From: an uncultured Verrucomicrobiae bacterium
GTDB lineage: Bacteria; Verrucomicrobiota; Verrucomicrobiia; Palsa-1439
Reading direction: 5' to 3'
NCBI GenBank assembly: GCA_963812605.1
Contig: CAWEWF010000004.1
Span: 64,001 to 128,000 of the forward strand
DNA length: 64,000 nucleotides
Shown: positions 58,108-64,000 of the stretch, in pieces
Layout: each line of letters opens with the position of its first letter
How positions within the stretch are numbered: the first letter of the stretch is position 1
Made by a program: the position numbers and the translations under genes
Notes under the pieces: model-generated
What the model saw: only the letters and a program-made list of their open reading frames with translations
What the model was told of the DNA's origin: nothing
The model's database searches: none

Positions 58108-59606
58108 TCCTCGCCCCCTTGACTGCCCGGAATATCTTCTTCGTTCACCAGCGCCTGGTCCTCAAACCTTGTGTATTCGCTCAGGAAAGTCAGGTGCACG
58201 TCGCCCGTCGGACCGTTGCGCTGCTTCGCGATAACGAGAATGGCTTTGCCTTTTTCGGCGGCCTTGTCCCCTTCCTCCTCCGCGTAAACTTCGGGACGGA
58301 CCAACAGACCCACCACGTCGGCGTCCTGTTCAATCGCACCGGACTCCCGCAGGTCCGCCAGTTTGGGGCGGCCACCTTCGCGTTGTTCGGGTTGGCGGTT
58401 GAGCTGGCTCAGCACGATGATCGGAATCTTCAATTCCTTCGCCAGCGCTTTTACACCCGCCGAAATGTCCGCAATTTCCACCTGGCGGCTGAGATCGGCC
58501 CGACGCGACGGCGCCCGCATCAACTGCATATAGTCGATGATCAACAACCGAATGTCGTGCTGCTGCTTCATTCGGCGGGCGCGGGCGCGCACTTGATTGA
58601 TCGAAAGACCAGCCGAGTCGTCAATGAACAACGGCGCTTTCATCAACTGGCTGGCGGCGGTGGTCAGCGGGTGAAAATCCCGTTCACTGAGGAATCCGTC
58701 GCGAATCTTGCGCAGGTTCACTTTCGCCTTGGAGCACAACATGCGTTTGACCAGTTCTTCCGACGACATTTCCAGGCTGAACACCCCGACCGGGATATTG
58801 TGATCGATCGCGCAGTTCTCGGCGATGTTCATCGCCAACGCCGTCTTGCCCATCGATGGGCGCGCCGCAATCACGATCATCTGGCCGTTGTGCAGCCCGG
58901 AGGTCATCCGGTCCAATCCCCGGAAACCCGTGGGGATGCCACTGATCGCGCCGCGCTGGTCATACAACTTCTCGATGCTGGCCATCGCGTCCTTGATCAT
59001 GTCGCGGACAGGGCGCGCGCCGGTGGCCGTCTTCTCCGCCGTGATCTCAAAAATCTGTTGCTCGACCTCGTCGATCCACGTCTTTACGTCATCCTGCTGT
59101 TCGAACGAGCGGGCGATGACGTCGTGCGCTGCGCCGATCAACTGGCGCAGCAGATGTTTCTCCCAAACAATATCGATGTAATGCTCGACGTTGGCCGTGG
59201 TCGGCACGCGAGAAACCAAATCATAGAGATAGACGGGACCGCCGATCGCTTCGAGTTGGTTCTTGTCCTGTAACCGTTGCGTGAGCGTGATGGTGTCGAT
59301 CGCCTGCATGGCGTCCTGTAACGCGGCGATCTCGCGGAAGATAACGCAATGGGCGGCGTGGTAAAAATGGTTTTCGCTCAGGCGCTCGCGCACCAGTGAG
59401 CCGGCTTCCGCCGGACTGAGCAACATCGCGCCGAGCACCGCCATCTCGGCGTCCAGACTGTTGGGAAGAACACGGTCGAGGATAAGCGACGGCGTCGCTT
59501 TGGATTTCCCAAGAGGCTGCGCCTTTCCCGGGCCAAAATTCCGTGCGGCACCGGCCCCTCCGCTTTGGCCGGCGCTTTCGGATGCGAGAGGGTTGGTCGA
59601 AGCCAT
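58104..59606 (-). CDS. dnaB: Replicative DNA helicase
   Basis: AARPSMGKT, FSLEMS, IDYMQL, LSQLNR, DLRESGAIEQDAD; no intein. Confidence 0.97.
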   Translation of the reverse strand: MASTNPLASESAGQSGGAGAARNFGPGKAQPLGKSKATPSLILDRVLPNSLDAEMAVLGAMLLSPAEAGSLVRERLSENHFYHAAHCVIFREIAALQDAMQAIDTITLTQRLQDKNQLEAIGGPVYLYDLVSRVPTTANVEHYIDIVWEKHLLRQLIGAAHDVIARSFEQQDDVKTWIDEVEQQIFEITAEKTATGARPVRDMIKDAMASIEKLYDQRGAISGIPTGFRGLDRMTSGLHNGQMIVIAARPSMGKTALAMNIAENCAIDHNIPVGVFSLEMSSEELVKRMLCSKAKVNLRKIRDGFLSERDFHPLTTAASQLMKAPLFIDDSAGLSINQVRARARRMKQQHDIRLLIIDYMQLMRAPSRRADLSRQVEIADISAGVKALAKELKIPIIVLSQLNRQPEQREGGRPKLADLRESGAIEQDADVVGLLVRPEVYAEEEGDKAAEKGKAILVIAKQRNGPTGDVHLTFLSEYTRFEDQALVNEEDIPGSQGGEE

Positions 59607-59632
59607 ATAGCCGTCCCCACAAACTCTTGCGG

Positions 59633-60166
59633 CTATTTCTTCTTATCGGCTTTCGGTGTCTTCCGGCCAGCTTTTTCGTCCGAAGACTTGGATTTCGCGG
59701 CCGCCGCCCCTTCGCCCTCCGGGCCGACAACCCAAATCTTCACCTTCGTCACCACCTCGGCATGCAACTTCACATCCACGTCGTACACACCCAATTCGCG
59801 AATCGGGTGCTCGATCGCAATCTTGCGCCGATCCACCTCGATGCCTTCCTTTTTCAACGCATCGGAGATATCGGCGGAGGTCACGGAGCCATAGAGCTTG
59901 CCGTCCTCACCCGCCGCGGCGCTGATGGTGTACGATTGTTTCGTCAGTTTGGTGACGGTGGCCTTCGCGTCATCCAGTTGCGCGGCCAGGGTGGCCTCGC
60001 GCTTCTTCTGCAGCGACCCCACGCGGCGCAGGTTGCCGGCCGTCGCCGGCATGGCCAGGCCTTTCGGGAACAGATAGTTTCTGGCGTAGCCGTCGGCGAC
60101 CGCAATCGTGTCCCCTTCGGCCCCGAGGTTCTCAACGGGAGCGGTCAAAATAATCTGCGTACTCAT
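59633..60166 (-). CDS. rplI: 50S ribosomal protein L9
   Basis: LG.EGD...VADGYARNYLFPKG; KLYGSV. Confidence 0.96.
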   Translation of the reverse strand: MSTQIILTAPVENLGAEGDTIAVADGYARNYLFPKGLAMPATAGNLRRVGSLQKKREATLAAQLDDAKATVTKLTKQSYTISAAAGEDGKLYGSVTSADISDALKKEGIEVDRRKIAIEHPIRELGVYDVDVKLHAEVVTKVKIWVVGPEGEGAAAAKSKSSDEKAGRKTPKADKKK

Positions 60167-60184
60167 GATGTTGGTAACTCCATC

Positions 60185-60451
60185 CTATCGTACCAGCAAC
60201 ATCACCCGCGCGCGCTTGATCGCGGTGGCGAGCTGACGCTGATGTTTGGCGCAATTGCCCGAAATTCGGCGCGGCAGAATCTTGCCGCGTTCGGTCATGA
60301 ACTTCTTCAGCAAGTCCGACTGTTTGAAGTCGATATCGATCTGGTCAATGCACAACTTGCAGTCGCGCTTGACGATGATATCGCGCTTGTTCCTTCGGCC
60401 TTCCGGACCGCCTTCACGGCTGTCGCGGCTGTCAAAATTTCTCTCCATCAT
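60185..60451 (-). CDS. rpsR: 30S ribosomal protein S18
   Basis: [31 protein letters not shown]. Confidence 0.96.
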   Translation of the reverse strand: MMERNFDSRDSREGGPEGRRNKRDIIVKRDCKLCIDQIDIDFKQSDLLKKFMTERGKILPRRISGNCAKHQRQLATAIKRARVMLLVR

Positions 60452-60499
60452 CTGTTGGTCTTCCTATCCTGAATGAATGATTGTGATTCCTGCTGTCGC

Positions 60500-60990
60500 C
60501 TAAAAGGGAATATTGTCGTCCTCGGCTGCCGGCGGCGTATCCGATTCCGCAGGGTCACGCGCCGGTGGCGCGGCGGGCCGGGCGCTGCGACGGCCGGTCG
60601 CGCTGGCGCCGCGCCTGTGGCCGCGGGCCCTTCATCCTTGAATTCCGCCCCGCCCCGAGGCGCGCCAAGGAATTGCACGCGTTCGGCCACTACTTTCAGC
60701 TTGTTGCGCTTCTGGCCGGACTCCTTGTCCTCCCAGCTATCCAATTTCAAGCGCCCTTCGATGAACACGGGCCGGCCCTTCGAGAGGTACTGACCGGCCG
60801 TTTCCGCCTGGCGACCCCACACTTCAATATCGACGAACGTGACCTCTTCCTTCTGTTCGCCACTCTCGGTCGTGTAAACACGGTTGACCGCCAGGCCGAG
60901 GTTCGCGAGCGCCGTGCCTTTGGGCGTGTACTTCACTTCCGGATCGCGCGTCAGGTTGCCCATCAACAGCACTTTGTTATAAGAGGCCAT
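60500..60990 (-). CDS. ssb: Single-stranded DNA-binding protein; frameshift in the linker, true end ...DDNIPF*
   Basis: NKVLLMGNLTRDPEVKYTP; acidic DDNIPF tail in another frame ending at TAG 60500-60502. Confidence 0.95.
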
Positions 60991-60995
60991 GTCGC

Positions 60996-61337
60996 TTAGT
61001 TCTCAACCACGCCCGTCGTCGGGATCCGGCGCGGCTTGCGCGGCGGCGGTTCCGGCGGCTGTACCGAAAGCTCCCAGCGGAAAATCTCGGGATCCAGGTG
61101 GAACTTCGCATCCAACTCGGCGATGGCTGTCGGCGGCGCATTGAAAACGAAATTCAGGTAGAACCCGGAACTGCGCTTTTTCGTGTCGCGCGCAAACTGG
61201 CGCGCGCCCATGCGCTGCACCTTGTCCACCCGCCCGCCGGCGTGTTCGATGTTCTTCTGGATCTTGTCCACGAGTTCCTTCGACACCTCTTCCTTACCAG
61301 CGGCGTCCACAATAAACAATCCTTCGTATGTCTTCAA
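60996..61337 (-). CDS. rpsF: 30S ribosomal protein S6
   Basis: MKTYEGLFI...GFY; rpsF-ssb-rpsR-rplI synteny. Confidence 0.9.
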   Translation of the reverse strand: MKTYEGLFIVDAAGKEEVSKELVDKIQKNIEHAGGRVDKVQRMGARQFARDTKKRSSGFYLNFVFNAPPTAIAELDAKFHLDPEIFRWELSVQPPEPPPRKPRRIPTTGVVEN

Positions 61338-61361
61338 CGTCCTCTCCTTCTCATGCCCGCG

Positions 61362-61961
61362 TCAATCCGCGGACTTTTTCCGATTAAACTGATTCATCGC
61401 CTCCGTGAGACCCTCGCGCAGGCAACAATCGACCGCCTCCACGGCTGTCGCGACCGCCTGTTCGGCCAACTCGCGCTCCGCCGGGGCAAACCGCCCGAGC
61501 ACATGTCCCGAAATATCCGCCCCCAAGGGCGCGCTCCGTCCAATCCCAACCCGCAACCGCGCAAATTCCTCGTTGCCGCCAAGCGTCTCGATGATCGAGC
61601 GCAATCCGTTATGGCCACCGCTGCCACCCGCGATGCGCAACCGAATCTGCCCAAGCGGCAGGTCGGCGTCGTCCACCACAATCAATAACTGCGCCGGCTC
61701 GATCTTGAGCCACCGCAACAACGCGTTGACCGCCGTGCCACTGCGGTTCATGTAGGCCTGCGGTTTGGCCAGCACCACTTTGCCGGCACCGCCGACTGCG
61801 GCTTCGGCGATCTTCGCCGAGAACCGCCATTTGCTTCGAAAAGAACAATCGAACTTCTCCGCCAGCCGATCCAGCACCGCGAACCCGATGTTGTGGCGCG
61901 TGCCTTCATACTCTTTGCCGGGATTGCCCAGCCCCACCACCAGCTTTGGCCTGGCCGACAC
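61362..61961 (-). CDS. pth: Peptidyl-tRNA hydrolase
   Basis: VGLGNPGKEYEGTRHNIGF, KPQAYMN.SG, GGHNGLRSI. Confidence 0.96.
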   Translation of the reverse strand: MSARPKLVVGLGNPGKEYEGTRHNIGFAVLDRLAEKFDCSFRSKWRFSAKIAEAAVGGAGKVVLAKPQAYMNRSGTAVNALLRWLKIEPAQLLIVVDDADLPLGQIRLRIAGGSGGHNGLRSIIETLGGNEEFARLRVGIGRSAPLGADISGHVLGRFAPAERELAEQAVATAVEAVDCCLREGLTEAMNQFNRKKSAD

Positions 61962-61982
61962 AGTGGTGTCGTCCTGCTTCCG

Positions 61983-62826
61983 CTACTTCTTGGCTTCGGG
62001 TTTGCCGCCCGCCGGTTTGGCCTCGGGCTTCGCGCCTGCCCGGAGCCTTGCCAGCGGCCGCGGGAGCTTTCGCATCCGCCTTGCCGGTCGCTGCGGGAGC
62101 CTTGGCATCGGCCTTGCCGGCTTCCGCCTTCGGCTTGGCTTCGCCTTCGACAACCGCGCCTTCTTCGCCTTCTTCCTTCTTCGCCGTAAGGACCTCGGGC
62201 TCGGTCGACGGGGTCGCCGCCGCCGCCTCGGTCATCGCTGCCAATTCTTCTTCCGTGATCGGCGCGGCGACGAGGAACACCGTCTGCCCCTTGTCGTCCA
62301 GCAACGCCACGCCATTCGGTGGCGTAATATCGCCGACATGAATGCTCTGTCCGATCTCCAGCTTCTCCACATTGACCTCGATAAGGTCGGGCAAATCCTG
62401 CGGCAAGCATTCCACGTGCAATTCGCGCATGACGAATTCGAGCACGCCGCCGCCCGTCTTCACGCCCGCCGGTTCGCCGGCCGGCCGAACGGGTACGCTC
62501 GTGCGCAGTTTCTCCGTCGCCAGCACTTCATGGAAATCAATGTGCAGGATGGCATCCTTGTAAGGGTGATGCTGCACTTCCTGGATCAAGGTCAGGCGGT
62601 TGTTCGTCTTGCCACCCTCTTCCAGTTGCAAGTCCACCAGCACGTTCTCGCTGGTGGCGCTGTGGAGCGCCCTCTCCAACTCTTTGACCGCAACCGTAAT
62701 GTTGATCGGCTTCATGTGTGCGCCGTAAATGACACCCGGGACCGCTCCCTGGTCCCGCATCCGCTTCACCGCTCCCTTGCCGATCTCGGCCCGGGACTTT
62801 GCTTTTAATTGTACTCTTTGTGCCAT
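61983..62826 (-). CDS. rplY: 50S ribosomal protein L25/Ctc with Ala/Lys-rich tail; frameshift in the tail
   Basis: VPGVIYG, QEVQHHP, HIDF, GVKTGGGVL; likely stop TAG at 61983-61985 after KPEAKK. Confidence 0.93.
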
Positions 62827-62879
62827 GGCAACTTTCTCCTCAAATCAAAACGACTGACTGTGAAATTATTCCTCCGCGC

Positions 62880-63845
62880 TCAACTCTCCGGCCGCTTCCC
62901 GTTGATGTCGAACAGCGACGATACCGACTCCGAATTGTGGATCCGCTTGATCGCCTCGCCCAACAACGGCGCGACGGTCAACTCGGTCAGCTTGAACCCG
63001 CTGACCTTCGAGTGCGGCACCGTGTCGGTGGTGACCAACTCCTCCAACTCCGACGCCTTCAGCCGATTCAGCGCCGCGGCATTCAAAACCGCATGGCTCA
63101 CGGACGCATACACTTTCTTCGCGCCCCTCTGCTTCAGGATTTCCGCCGCCCGCGTCACCGTGGCCGCCGTTTCCGTCAGGTCATCCACCAGCAATACGGT
63201 CTTGCCATCCACGTCGCCAATGACGTTGAGCATCTCGACTTCCGAAGCCGATTTGCGCTTCTTGTCGACGATGGCCAACGGCGCCTGGAAGAGGTTCGCG
63301 TACGCGTGCACCATCTTGACGCCGCCGATGTCGGGCGAAACCACCACCAAATCCTTCAACTTCTTCCCGTTAAAGTACCGGTACATCACCGGCGCCGCGT
63401 ACAGGTGATCGACGGGAATATCGAAGAATCCCATGATCTGTTGCGCGTGCAGGTCCATTGTCAGCACCCGGCTCGCCCCCGCGGCGGTAATCAGGTTCGC
63501 CACCAGCTTGGCCGTGATCGGCACCCGCGGCTGGTCCTTGCGGTCCTGCCGCGCATATCCAAAGAACGGTACGACTGCCGTGATGCGCTTGGCGCTGGCC
63601 CGCCGGCACGCATCGATCATGATCAACAACTCCATCAAATGATGGTTCGCCGGCGGACACGTCGGCTGCACGATGAACACATCCCGACCGCGGATGTTCT
63701 CATTGATCTTAACGAACGTCTCCTCATCCGGAAACGCTGTGACCGTTGCGTCGCCCAGCGGGACCCCGATCGAATCGGCAATCCGCTGCGCAAGGGGCCG
63801 ATTTGCATTGCCAGAAAAAATCTTCAACTGGACACACAACTCCAC
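62880..63845 (-). CDS. prs: Ribose-phosphate pyrophosphokinase
   Basis: YARQDRK, DLHA.QI.GFF, VSPDIGG, VDDLTETAAT. Confidence 0.96.
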   Translation of the reverse strand: MELCVQLKIFSGNANRPLAQRIADSIGVPLGDATVTAFPDEETFVKINENIRGRDVFIVQPTCPPANHHLMELLIMIDACRRASAKRITAVVPFFGYARQDRKDQPRVPITAKLVANLITAAGASRVLTMDLHAQQIMGFFDIPVDHLYAAPVMYRYFNGKKLKDLVVVSPDIGGVKMVHAYANLFQAPLAIVDKKRKSASEVEMLNVIGDVDGKTVLLVDDLTETAATVTRAAEILKQRGAKKVYASVSHAVLNAAALNRLKASELEELVTTDTVPHSKVSGFKLTELTVAPLLGEAIKRIHNSESVSSLFDINGKRPES

Positions 63846-63974
63846 GGCTTAGGTTGTCTTGACCAAAAATCAGCGCCACACCCGCGACCTGTGGCCTCCA
63901 AAGCGTCGTACCTTCTACCGTTTCGCCCCCCGCATTGCAACCCGAATCTTTCCAACCCCAAATGCCTCAAACCT

Positions 63975-63998
63975 GTAGGGCAAGCGACCCGCTTGCCG
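63975..63998 (+). repeat. GTAG-type REP, family A
   Basis: GTAG-GGCAAGCG-ACC-CGCTTGCC-G. Confidence 0.85.
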
Positions 63999-64000
63999 CA

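Noticed and set aside
61983-62180. Ala/Lys/Pro repeats at the end of rplY
   Set aside because: Low-complexity tail common on L25/Ctc proteins

Overview
GC-rich (about 60% by eye) chromosomal segment, most consistent with a Verrucomicrobiota/PVC bacterium: dimeric glyQS, fused secDF, and prs-rplY-pth-rpsF-ssb-rpsR-rplI-dnaB-bamA-skp-lpxD synteny. Most of it is housekeeping: ybeY/phoH, a heptose-7-P kinase, a five-gene two-component cluster, glyQS, rpmB, tgt-yajC-secDF-recJ, ilvB, two GT-C glycosyltransferases, a pdaD/aguB/aguA putrescine pathway and clpB. About 15 genes, including essential ones, carry single-base frameshifts that look like long-read errors. The unexplained structure lies in the accessory intervals. 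(1) At two independent loci the 3' end of a gene is duplicated as a diverged direct repeat around cargo, with no integrase or transposase in the window: codA around hicAB (possibly a second nested round) and a hypothetical gene around a BACON-repeat surface protein. (2) A four-helix-bundle gene is bracketed by inverted heptamer arrays. (3) A palindrome is inserted in-frame in xdhC. (4) There are several GTAG/GGAG REP families with compensatory stem changes. (5) Two small genes are missed by the ORF track: an Flp pilin and an amber-interrupted toxin-like gene. (6) There are candidate operators: a LacI-type pair, a polyamine-locus palindrome and a CIRCE-like site. All calls come from reading the sequence; no searches were run.
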